From NCBI RefSeq assembly GCF_006345805.1, contig NW_021831982.1:1-33565 (forward strand): a DNA stretch of 33,565 nucleotides, in the 5' to 3' direction. A model generated the notes under the pieces. That model made no database searches. It saw nothing but the letters and a program-made list of their open reading frames with translations, and had not been told where the DNA came from. The DNA is from Octopus sinensis. Lineage: Eukaryota. Positions 10,732 through 22,325 of the stretch are shown here, in pieces (positions within the stretch are counted from its first letter, which is position 1; each line of letters starts with the position of its first letter). The translations under genes were made by a program, and so were the position numbers.

Positions 10732-10739
10732 GAAAGTTG

Positions 10740-11395
10740 GTTTGTGAAAGCACGTGGGTGAATATATAGAAAAAAGTAAAGAGTGAAAAAACTACAGAAG
10801 GCTTAAATGTTAAAAAATATATATATTTGCGTCCATATGTCTGAATAATATTAGAAAATTAAAAAAAAAAATTTTTTCTCTTATAATGACATAATTTAAA
10901 AGAAAGACCGGTTTCGCGTGTAGCTTTTCAAATTTCTTGCGACGTTATGTTTATGTTGAATAGAGTTTTCGTTATGTTTATGTTCAGGAGAGTTCTAAAT
11001 AAGGGAAGGTAGTGAGTGATTTCTTCCGGTGTAAGGGAGATAATCGCTTAAAATTTTTTTCCTTTCCCTTGGTGTGAATTTCTCTGTATTAGTATGTTCG
11101 GATGGTTGAGTCTGGGCTTGTATTTTTCAATGAAGAATGTTTCCTTGTTTAGTCTAATTTGTGTTGATGATCCGAAAGCACATTGGTAAAATGGAAAGAT
11201 TAAAAATTGTGGTAGTAGTTGCTTTGCGCATTTTTCAATGTGCTCACTAAAAGGTATCATTCTATATTCTGGGAATGCAATCTGTTGTCGATGCAGTGTG
11301 CATCTACGTCTGAGTGATAGTCCCGTGGAACCCACGTAGTCTTGGTGGCAGCCCGAGCTCTTTATGACATAAATTATGTTTTCAGAGGCACAGGT
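10740..11395 (-). mobile_element. Penelope-like element 3' part: GIY-YIG endonuclease plus 3' UTR/pLTR
   Basis: CASENIIYVIKSSGCHQDYVGSTGLSLRRRCTLHRQQI...SEHIEKC...RLNKETFFIEKYKPRLN is a GIY-YIG domain of PLE type. A hammerhead motif lies downstream. Confidence 0.9.
10889..10950 (-). ncRNA. Type I hammerhead ribozyme, U3:A8 core variant
   Basis: ACATAA..AAGAAA-T-TTGAAAA-GC(TACAC)GC-GAAAC-CG-GTC|TTTCTT..TTATGT. Confidence 0.75.
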
Positions 11396-11693
11396 CTGCC
11401 AAAATTCATAAAAGTCAAATTATAAATGAAACCATTAAAAAATCACCAAAGACATACATACATACACCTAACCCGGGGGACCTAAAACTACGACCCATTG
11501 TAGCTGGCCCAACCTGTGAAACACACAGACTAAGTCTACTTATGGACATCCTCCTGAAACCCTTCCTTAAACATATCGATAGCCATATCAGAGATGACTT
11601 AGATATGTTAAACCACCTTCCAAAAAAAGCCAAGGAAGAAACAATCCTGGTTTCATTTGATGTAGTTAACTTATATACCAGTATACCTCATAA
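11393..11693 (+). mobile_element. Penelope-like element reverse transcriptase N-terminal fragment (inverted)
   Basis: GLP/KIHKS...DLKLRPIVAGPTCETHRLSLLMDILLKPFL...ILVSFDVVNLYTSIPH are PLE RT motifs. Confidence 0.9.
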
Positions 11694-11699
11694 TACCTC

Positions 11700-11812
11700 A
11701 TATATATATATATATATATGTATGTATATATATACATACATACATACATACATACACCACACACACACACATACACACACACACACAACACATATATATA
11801 TATATATATATA
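11700..11812. repeat. (TA)n/(TACA)n/(CA)n microsatellite
   Basis: Direct reading. Confidence 0.95.
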
Positions 11813-12025
11813 TTTCGTTCCTATATTTGGTTTGCAAGAGTCTTTATGTGAATTCATATATTGAAGCAATGACTTTTGAAGAGGTTGCAAGAAGCAATGA
11901 AAATTTTAGAAAAATAAATATATGTAAATGAGTGAAAACCGAACCGGTCAGTGTGTCAACTAATTAGACATTAAAATAGAATGACTCTCCTCAGACACAA
12001 TAAAACATATGTGTGTGTGCGTGCG

Positions 12026-12340
12026 TAGAAATATTATTATTTCTAAATCTCTCTAAAGGAGAGATACTGCAGCAGTACTGGGTATTAATATTTATCGCCA
12101 AGCTAACGTGGCAGTCCAGAGAAATAGGACGAATCCTGCCGTTGATTAGCTCCAACAAGCCATTGCCTCTAGATAGCTATGTGACTCACAACTCTGTGCC
12201 CATAAAACCTTCGAAATGGGGAGGTCATCAACAACGATTCAGCACCCACTGACCGGTTTCGGGATATTTGCCCCTTATCAATGTAGATTAGCTAAACCCA
12301 GCAGGCGTCGCTGTTGACCGTTTGTTCGAAGGTTTCTTTA
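12026..12340 (-). mobile_element. Non-coding hammerhead-containing repeat (PLE pLTR or retrozyme-like)
   Basis: Partial second copy at 10380-10525. Contains a complete hammerhead fold and no credible ORF. Confidence 0.65.
12205..12335 (-). ncRNA. Type I hammerhead ribozyme, U3:A8 core variant, long stem I
   Basis: ATCTAC-A-TTGATAA-GGGG(CAAATA)TCCC-GAAAC-CG-GTC|A-GTGGGT, with stem I extended by GTTTAGC/GCTGAAT, TCAACAGCGA/TCGTTGTTGA and AAACCTTCGAA/TTCGAAGGTTT. Confidence 0.8.
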
Positions 12341-12682
12341 TATATATTCAGTGGAACACATTCACTGATTTATCTTATCTCCAATCAACCTGTAAACCCT
12401 TCGTCCGAACATATAACAATGCAAATCTCAAACCATATCATTCAATCTGCTATAATGTACCCATAAAAACAAATAAAACATCCAATGGTATAACTTTTTT
12501 GACCTGAAGATATGCTCAACTCTTATCAATTTAATATTTACTTTTTTCTTCTTTTATATATATGTGTGTGTGTTTGGTAATTAGTAAGAGATTTCTTAAA
12601 GAGTTTACCTTTGTGCGTATGTTTGTCTATGTACCTACGTCCCCATACTTTTGTGGTTCGTAATAACCTTTATTATTATTAT

Positions 12683-13203
12683 TGAGTGAGAGTGCATGCC
12701 ATCAAAGTGAAACTGCGGTAAAATATACGAAGCCCAGTATACCCATCATTACTACCCATCTGATAAGGATACACTAGGCACATGCATCACAACCATATGT
12801 GTGCGACATGGTGATCTCATATCAAGATAAACAGCACATGACCTTGCAGGTGGAGCCCAGTTAGAACTTTCTTCAGGTCGGGTAACCTATCCCGCTCAAA
12901 AGGTCCCTGAATAAGGGTTGTTTAAGGATGTTGAAGGAAACACCTATTCTTCCAGAGGTGAATTATTCAAACCCCAAGGAATTCCTCTCAAAACATGACT
13001 GTGATACTCCCCCACTACTTCTGCTCATGATCAGAGATGCACATATCGTCAGCCACCAAGGGACATGCTCAACTGGTTACGGCCAAACAACTGACAAACA
13101 AATCTGTGGTATTGAGCAGAATATTTGCTGTAGCCCATCTTTTATACGAAGACAAAACAATGTACATGATAACACATCCAATCAGTTAAGATCAGAAGCC
13201 ATG
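12683..13203 (-). mobile_element. Interspersed retroposon-like repeat with (AAT)n tail (longer copy)
   Basis: Homologous to 1267-1546. The right boundary is approximate. Confidence 0.8.
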
Positions 13204-13507
13204 ACAGTATTCGTTTTTGCTTCGATAAAATGGCAAAATTGTGGGTGTTAAGTTCCCATGGAGGGGTCTTTCTAACTTGTAAGAAGATGAAATTTTATAA
13301 ATATTACTTCATGTGTGTCTAATATCTATGGTTAAAATTCCATCAACAGCAAAAATATATGAATTGTCATGGGGGTTATGGCCCTTATACGTAGAACATA
13401 ATTATACGTAGAACAATTTCATAAAGATTCATTCAGTACTTTTGACCTAGTTTTGGATCATAAAAGAAATGACTAAAATTTCGGAGTTAAGGCTCCCATT
13501 AGAGTGC

Positions 13508-13652
<145 letters not shown>

Positions 13653-13687
13653 CACACACATACAAAGATAAATTGATAGATACAACT

Positions 13688-14002
<315 letters not shown>

Positions 14003-14009
14003 ATATATA

Positions 14010-16694
14010 TTGTTGTTGGCATCCTTTTTGTCTCGGGAGACAATGGAGTTGCGCATAAAATAATCTGGTCCGGCTTTTACATTTCATGTCCTAATACACC
14101 TTCTGCTGTGGCTGTGTAGTCCTATCCTGAAAAAACACTCCCTCTGGCAGGTGCCGCAAATGTAGCGAAGACTTTGCCTGGCTGGTTGTAATGCCATAGT
14201 TTCTTGTTGACGTCTTTTCTTGTCTTTCTATTTCTCATCTCTCTCTATGTCACTCCTTTGTGTTCCCTCTTTTACGGTACGTCGCCAATCTCCACGGTTG
14301 CTGGTAACTGCTTCCCAGTTGCTAATATTGATGTTGCAGGCCTTCATGTCCCTTTTGCAAACATCCGTGTAACGTAAGAATGGTCTTCGCACAGACCTAG
14401 TGCCCCTAGCAAGCTCTCCGAAGAGTATGTCCATGGGGATTCTGCCATCTTCCATACGGCTAACATGTCCAAGCCATCTCATACGTCTTTGTGTGAGGAG
14501 TGCAAACATGCTTGGTATTCTTGCTTGCTTGAAGACATCTTTGTTGGGGACATGATTCTGCCATTTGATGCGAAGTATTTTCTAGAGGAAGCGCAGGTGA
14601 AAGATATTTAGGCGACGCTCCTGGCGTGTGTATGGCGTCCAAGTCTCACTTCCATACAGAGTGCTAAGTACACATGCCTGGTAAATTTCCATTTTTGTCA
14701 GCTTATTGTTGTCCCATGCCTGTTTGGAGAGTTGGGCCATCGCAGCAGCTGCCTTGCCAATGCGTATATTGAGCTCAGCATCAAGTGATATGTTGTAGGT
14801 GACGGTAGAGCCAAGATAGGTAAACTTCTCCACCTCCTGTAATCTGCGGTCTCCAATATGTATGTTTGGGATGTCCGATGTAGCCCGACCCATGATGTTG
14901 GTATTCTTGAGGCTGATAACTAAGCCAAAATCGTTACATGCTTGCTCAAAACAGTTGATGAGCTTTGTAGGGCTTCTTCTGTGTATGATACCAGAGCGGC
15001 ATCATCAGCAAATAGCATCTCCTTGATCAAGATGCTTCTGATTTTGGTCTTGACACGCAGGCGCGAGAGTTTTCCGTCACTTCTACTGTGCAGAAACACT
15101 CCATCATCTGATGTCTGAAAGGCATGTGAGAGCAGCAGCGAGAAGAAGATGCCAAATAATGTAGGAGCAAGGACACAACCTTGCTTTACCCCGTTTTTTA
15201 TTTGGAAGGCGGCTGATGTGGAACCATTATGCTGAATGGTGCCTTGCATATCATCATGGAAAGATTTGATGATCCTCAGCAGCTTTGGTGGACATTCGAT
15301 TTTTTGGATTCGGATGAAGAGGCATTTTCTACTTACCAAGTCAAAGGCCTTTGTCCGATCAATGAAGTCCATGTATAAAGGCATTTTCTGCTCTCTAGAC
15401 TTCTCCTGAAGTTGGCGTATGGAGAATATCATATCAATAGTTGATCTGCTTCTTCTAAAGCCACACTGCGTTTCTGGATAAATTCGAGAAGCAAGCAGTT
15501 GTAGCCTGGACAGGATAACGCGAGCAAAGACCTTTCCAACAGTGCTTAGAAGAGATATCCCATGGTAATTGTTACAATCACCACAGTCACCTTTGTTTTT
15601 GTAAAGCGTAATGATGTTAGCATCCCTCATATCCTGAGGGACTCTACCCTCCTCCCAGCACTGACACAGAAGCTCATGAAGGTGCCGAAGCACGATGGTG
15701 TTTTTGCCGGTTTTGATAATCCCTAAGGGGATGCCGTCTTTTCCCGGAACCTTGTTACTTGCTAGGGAGTCAATAACCTTGGTGAGCTCTGCTATAGATG
15801 GCAGACTGTCAAGTTCACACATGACTGGCAAGATCTTGACACCCTCTATTGCAGCCTCAGCAACCGTGGTCTCCCGTGAGTAGAGATCCTGGTAGTACTC
15901 CACCCATCTATCCATTTGCTTGCTTTGGTCCTTGATGAGATCTCCAGTAGTTGATTTCAGAAGGGCTGACTTGGTTGCGGATGGGCCGAGGGCCTTCTTC
16001 AAACCGGCATACATCCCACGGGTGTCGCCACTGTCAGCAGCTAACTGGATACTCTGATAGATTTCCTGCCAATACCTATTTGCACAGCCTGTGGCAGTCA
16101 GTTGGGTTTTATTTCTTGCCTTTCTGAGTTCTTCGAGTGACTTTGTAGAAGAATTACTCTTGTATTGCATCAGAGCAGCACGCTTTGCTTCGATAACTGT
16201 TTCTAGCTCTGAGAGCCCAGCACTGAACCAATCTGGGTTTTGCCTTTCTCTCATGCCGAAAATATCTATTGATGTGGTATACAAAGCTTCCCTGATATAA
16301 TTCCACCTACTTTCAGCAGAGGAGGTTGGGCAGCTACTGAGGGCAACCATGATAGAAACAGCAAAACATTTTCGCATTGTAGGGTCCGAGGTTCTGGCAG
16401 TGTTAATGCGTGGTCGGCCCATTTTCTTGGAGTGATAGACTTTTTTAGGTAGAATCCTCACCCTGCTACCTATTAGTGAATGATCTGTGTCACAATCCGC
16501 GATGTGGTAACTACGGCTCAGTTGAACAGAATTCAGAAAGGATCTTCGTGTAATGAGATCCAGCTGATGCCAGTGGTGAGATCTTGGATGTCTCCAAGAT
16601 GCCTTGTGGGATGTCTTTTTGGCAAAGAATGTGTTGGTGATGCACAGGTTATGGTATGTGCAAAAGTCAAGTAGTCTCTGACCATTGTCATTCA
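14010..16694 (-). mobile_element. RTE-clade LINE, 5'-truncated, ORF disrupted by frameshifts and a stop
   Basis: APE end (NDNGQRLL, SWRHPRSHHWHQLD, DCDTDH), RT (PGKDGIP, YKNKGD, QCGFR, KAFD, GVKQGCVLAPTLF, LFADD, FTYLGS), C-terminal RMRWLGHV and CGTCQRECFFRIGLHSH, (CAA)n tail. Confidence 0.95.
14920..16693 (-). pseudogene. Longest open segment of the RTE endonuclease/reverse transcriptase ORF
   Basis: 599-aa ORF whose first residues come from flanking microsatellite. It continues in other frames at 14582-14893 and 14228-14509. Confidence 0.9.
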
Positions 16695-16802
16695 AACACA
16701 TACACTTACATATATACATACATATATATATATATATATACGATTGATTTGTTTCAGTTGCTGTCTACGAAATCCTTACACACACACACACACACACACA
16801 AA

Positions 16803-17161
16803 GAGTGGGCAAACAAAAATATGAGACACTGCGTAGTGCTTTTTTAGATTTTGATAAGCCTGGTACTAATTCTATTTGTTTCTTATTGTGCAGTCAGTAA
16901 GTTATGGGGATGTAAATAAACGAACACCAGTTGTGAAGCAGTGATGAGAGAGAAACACAAAGACACACACATACACTTACATATATACATACATATACAT
17001 ACAATTGATTTCTTTCAGTTTCTGTCTACAAAATCCACTGACAAGGCTTTGGTTGATCTGAGGCTATAGCAGAAAACATGCCAAGTTACCACACAGTGGG
17101 ACTGAACTGAAAACCGTGTGTTTTGGAACCAAGTTTGTTACCACACAGCCACACCTGCACC
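16803..17161 (-). mobile_element. tRNA-derived SINE, same family as 5418-5826, 3' end missing
   Basis: Head GGTGCAGGTGTGGCTGTGTGGTAA...GTTCAGTCCCACTG. Confidence 0.85.
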
Positions 17162-17162
17162 T

Positions 17163-17376
17163 ATGTATGTGTGTGTGGGGTGAATGAGTATGTGTATATG
17201 GGTGTATATATGTATGCATGTATATATGTGTATATATATGTGTGTGCATATTACATGTACATCTATATATATATACATCTAGACATACATGTATATCTAT
17301 AGAAATACATCTATACATATACCTGTATACATATACAGCTATACATATACATGTATACATATACATGTATATATAC

Positions 17377-17438
<62 letters not shown>

Positions 17439-17440
17439 GA

Positions 17441-17472
<32 letters not shown>

Positions 17473-17523
17473 CATCCATATATATATACATGTATATATA
17501 TATATATACATCCATATACATAC
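17163..17523. repeat. (TA)n/(TACA)n/(TG)n microsatellite region
   Basis: Direct reading. Confidence 0.95.
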
Positions 17524-17579
17524 AATAGAGAAATGCTTTTGTTTCACTTTTTACCACGTATACTGAAATAGTGGAGAAG

Positions 17580-17753
17580 ATGTGATATTGCTGTGGGCTC
17601 GCCCTAGGCAAGAAGTTAAACATTTTTTTGCCCATGATACTACATCGACCCTAAGTAAGGCATGTGTATGAAATTGGTTGTGTAGTTCTCAAGTTTTAGG
17701 GATTCGCACAGCCAGACAGACAGACACACATTCACAGTTTTATATATATAGAT
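17580..17753 (+). mobile_element. Non-autonomous Helitron/Helentron-associated (HINE-like) fragment
   Basis: Ends in (CAGA)n...TTTTATATATATAGAT, a terminus typical of such elements. Short GGGC/GCCC palindrome near the start. Confidence 0.4.
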
Positions 17754-18791
17754 ACAAAAATATTCAATTATGTTCATAAAGGTGGAACAAGAGTTGTGTG
17801 GAAATTTTAAGATACTGCGCCGCTCTATATAATTACACCACCAAGGTCACCTTGAAAATGAAATGCTTGGTGATATTCAGGGAACTTACGAATCAGCATT
17901 TGAAGTTTCATGTGGCATTCAATGCATTTTATTGCTAGAACATTAGATTAATTCAGTTTAGCTGTTACTCGGAAATAATTTCAATGATAGTCAAATTGCA
18001 TAAGGTACCTTTGGAATTGATGAACAGTTCTTTTGCTTTACTTGTAATGTTATGATAACTTTTCAAACATTTAAAGGGCATATCTAGATTTCGAAGATAC
18101 TATTCTTTTTCTCTCGATGCATTTTCTATTCGTGGAGAATAAGCAAAAAATTTGCAGAGCGACATTTTAAAATATCAACTGCTAACCTATGCAGTAATAT
18201 TTGAAATATCAACGTATTACTTCTTAAATGTGGATTTTCATTGCTTTCTGAAACATAGCTTAACGCACGTCGCATTCACTATAGTTTTATTTAGTTTAAG
18301 CCTTCTTAAATGTTGTTTTACCACTCGACAAACCACAATAAATTCGGTCTCGAAGTAAGAAAAATGCGTATGTTTATATTAACCTGATCAGTATGTTCCA
18401 TAAAAATAATTCAAAATATATTAACAAAATTATCTACATGTTTACGGTGAGGTTACTGGACACTTTGAATTTTAATTCTATTTTAATAATATATAGTACA
18501 TAAAATATATGTATATTTGTTCCGTTCTAATACTTTTTGTGAGAATATTATATATACTAATATCTGGCCCGCGCTTTTATCTTTGCTTATGACATGGCTG
18601 GATTCAATTATCCAGTTAACACAACAAACGTGTATTTAAAACTTTATAATTCCAAAAAGCCTTTTTTTTATCTTTTCATCTGGAAAATATGTTATGAGTG
18701 AAAGCGTCTAAAATATTGATATGAATTCAATTTGGAATGGAGCATTTTCGATTCTTGTTAACTTTTGATGTTGACTCTTACTACTCCATTA

Positions 18792-19063
18792 CAGCTCTTT
18801 AACATCCTCCCTAAATGCCTGAGAGACTTGCATGGTGTGGATGTGGGTTTCTTTAAAGCTAAACTGGATCTCTTCTTGTCTGGAGTCCCAGATGAACCTA
18901 CCTCACGACAGGAGACACAGATGCGGGCAGCAGCATCGAAAACCCTTGTTGACCAAGTGCCACGTATCAGAGGTGGATTCACATATTAGTGTAGCTCATT
19001 CAGCGGTGGTGCCCCAGCATGGCCGCGGCCTTCGGGCTAAAACATTTTTAAGGATTTAAGGAT
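18792..19063 (+). mobile_element. 3' end of a CR1-group (APE-type) LINE
   Basis: QLFNILPKCLRDLHGVDVGFFKAKLDLFLSGVPDEP...RAAASKTLVDQ*, short 3' UTR with stem-loop, (TTTAAGGA)2 tail. Confidence 0.8.
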
Positions 19064-19592
19064 ATATCGATGCACGAAATCAATAAGAAACATCATCACA
19101 CAGCAATAGTTTAATTCACATCAAAACTCAGTGGTAACATATTTTGTATTCTCAAGTCAATTGTTTTCTCAATTGTGCGTGCTTTGTATAATAAACACAC
19201 GCCTAATTACACCTGGAATGGTAGGAAAATCACACTTCAATAAATGTGGTTTCTTTTGCCCTGTAGAAACTACCCTTATAGCCGTCATTATCATCAACAA
19301 ATATATATTATGCTGTTGTTACTGTCCATCTCCAGGTCAGTACCGAGGAAGCAAACGATGAACACTCATGTCAAAACCTTAGGCATCCCACTATATTTTT
19401 GAGATACAATATATCTAAAACTGGAATTACAATGGGTCGTTCCCTTTTTGTAAGATCGTGAATTGAGTTAAAATTGGTTACTATTTCTAGCATTGACTGA
19501 TTGACACTTGGCATGTATCGCTTAGTAAATTATACGAAAATTAAACACTGTTCGAATAATTTCTTATGCTTATAATTTGAATATCAAAATAA

Positions 19593-19827
19593 TACCTATT
19601 TCTTTATTACCCACAATGGGCTAAACATAGAGGGGACAAACAAGGACAGACATAGGTATTATGTCGATTACATCGACCCCAGTGCGTAACTGGTACTTAA
19701 TTTATCGACCCCGGAAGGATGAAAGGCAAAGTCGACCTAGGCGGAATTTGAACTCACAACGTAACGGCAGACGAAGTACCGCAAAGCATTTCGCCTGGTG
19801 TGCTAACGCTTCTGCTAGCTCGCCGCC
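19593..19827 (-). mobile_element. tRNA-derived SINE of a third family
   Basis: Head GGCGGCGAGCTAGCAGAAGCGTTAGCAC, B box GAGTTCAAATTCC, central GCCTTTCATCCTTCCGGGGTCGATAAATTAAGTACCAG resembling a conserved metazoan SINE core domain. Confidence 0.85.
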
Positions 19828-20049
19828 TTTATCAAAATAATACCATTTAATTATAGACTTTAGTACGACCTTTACCGAAAAGCACATAAATGTAAAACAA
19901 TATATGAAAATGACGTAAATTTCCATCAATTACAAGAAACATACTTATACATATGATGATTTTCTTCTTGTAGTACTTGTTGGCGTACACGATTCTCTTA
20001 TTTTTACGTTATGTTTTTCTTTCTTTTTTATCCGGGTTTGACTTATACT

Positions 20050-20640
20050 ACTTGGAATGTGCCCAGTATGTTGCCAGTTGCGGTAGACAGCTGCCAAGTC
20101 TGAAATTAACAGGTCTGGCATGAAACAATGAAATTTGCAAGGTAAGGCCCTCTGGTTCTGATGATTTGTTTCTCATCCAGCTACTTTAGCCACTGAAATC
20201 CTAGTACTTGCATCATCGGCCAAAAATCACGTACACATTCGAATTCGGTATAGAAGTCTACCAACTCATGTCTATCTCTCTTACATAGAGTAAGGCAATG
20301 TATTGCTGAGTAAAACTGCATGCATTTTCTTGAAATTGGAGAACACTTTCTCTGCTGTCAGCTAAAAGCAGGAATATGGATTTTTACTACGCTGCGCCCC
20401 GATCACTTGGACCCATCAAATAATTTCGCATTCTCATTTTTCAGGGCACGCACCTCACTAATAACCATCTAACCATTGAGTTTGATGACTAAAAACTGAC
20501 CAAAGGATATTGTCGCCACAAGTACTTCATAACTGATACTCCTCTGAGCCATTTTTAACCATTTGACAAATGCCTCCTCGACTCAACTCTCTACTTTCGC
20601 TTCTTTCATCTCTTTCGCAACATCTTTTTCCAAACTGACA
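20050..20640 (-). mobile_element. Probable highly decayed LINE RT fragment
   Basis: FLADDAS (YADD-like) near 20205-20226 within GC-richer sequence that has many stops. Confidence 0.3.
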
Positions 20641-21194
20641 GAATCGCTCTAATTTTCCAGTTTAGTAAGCATGTCCCCAAAACAAGCAAAGAACTAATCT
20701 GATAAGCCATTCCGAAGTATTTTAATGCTGTGAAAATACATATTCAGGACCCTGTCTATTTGTCTTATCGAAGATGATTGTATAGATCCGAATTGCCGGT
20801 CGCTGTAGCGAAGTACCCCCAAATGTAGACAACATACATTATTCTTATAGGTTAACCTCTTAAAATTTCTTAGCATAACAGGTTTATTTACTAATGTTTC
20901 CTAGAGTCCACATTCTGGAAATCTAAGTCATACCGTTGTTCAAAGTAGGCCAGTGGAATGAGGTGTAGAAATCGTTACTAGATAGAAGAGAAGCGAACAA
21001 ATGGCTTCAGAAAATTATGGTTTCGCTGATGGCTATTAAGTCCAGCTTTAATGACTTGATGTTATTCAGCATATTTACCTGCTCTCACTTTGATTCTAGT
21101 TCCCATTGCTTATTGCAAATATTTACATGCAAAAATGTTAAGAAAACAATGTCTTGTTTGAACACTTTGACAATCCATTGCTTTAGAACTGTGT

Positions 21195-21245
<51 letters not shown>

Positions 21246-21723
21246 AGTACGCAGACGTAAGCATCATCACACGTAACATTTCAGTTTTTCCAAAGCTCCT
21301 TCACAACATTTGTATTTGAAGTCTAAATTTGCTTTCACGTCCACCTCGTTTGTTTAATTTGAATGTTATGGAATTGATACCATGAAATCATTTTGCCCTT
21401 GAGACCAAATGTGAAATTGCCTTGTTGATCAATACTGTTGCTTTTGTGGATGATATTTATTTTTCTTATGGCAATTGTCTTCATATTTTTTGTAAATACT
21501 GTTCTTCTTGAGGTTCATGATGTAGGTGTTCTTTCTGCTGCTGTTACTGCTGTTTTTTTTTCTTAGTGTTGTTTCAATATCTGCATCTGATGTTGATATT
21601 GGTGATAACACATTTATCTTGTATACCACTAAATTTGTGGTATGCTTTATTCTATTCCTCCACCATTCACACACCGTAGATCACCGTATTTTACCTTTTC
21701 ATTTTATATTTCCTTCTCGTTCA

Positions 21724-21798
21724 TAAGTATAAATGCAAAAGAAGATAATTAAAAAAAAACTAAGTATAAATGCAAAAGAAAATAATAAAAAAAAAAAC
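21724..21798. repeat. Tandem duplication, 2 x about 37 bp
   Basis: TAAGTATAAATGCAAAAGAA(G/A)ATAAT..poly-A-C at 21724 and 21761. Confidence 0.9.
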
Positions 21799-22051
21799 TA
21801 AATTTTTTCTTGCATTCTCTCTTTAGAAAATAAGTGAAGCATGAATACGGAAAATTAGAACAAGGTCAGGTGGTTTGTGCGCGTGACCACATTGACCAGA
21901 AGACAATATACATACATGTATACACACGCAAACAGGCTCATACACATATGTATATGTATAGGTGTGTGTGTGTGTGTTTGTGCATATATATATATATATA
22001 TATATTTGCTTCAGGCAGGTTCTTCCGAGTGGTATTTATAATTGGAATTAT

Positions 22052-22093
22052 ACTACTACTACTACTACTACTACGACTACTACTACTACTACT

Positions 22094-22150
<57 letters not shown>

Positions 22151-22325
22151 ATACTAATACTACTACTACCATTACTACTGTTGATAATAATAATAATAAT
22201 AATAATAATGAGGAGGAGAAGGAGGAGGAGGAAGAGGAGAAGAAGAAGAAGAAGAAGAAGGAGGAGGAGGAGGAGGAGGAGAAGAAGAAGAAGAAGAAGA
22301 AGAAGAAGAAGAAGAAGAAGAAGAA
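22052..22325. repeat. Compound (TAC)n-(TAA)n-(GAG)n-(GAA)n microsatellite
   Basis: Direct reading. Confidence 0.97.

Noticed and set aside
16694-16719. Apparent start codon of the 599-aa RT ORF
   Set aside because: It derives from flanking microsatellite/TSD sequence. The element is 5'-truncated within the endonuclease.
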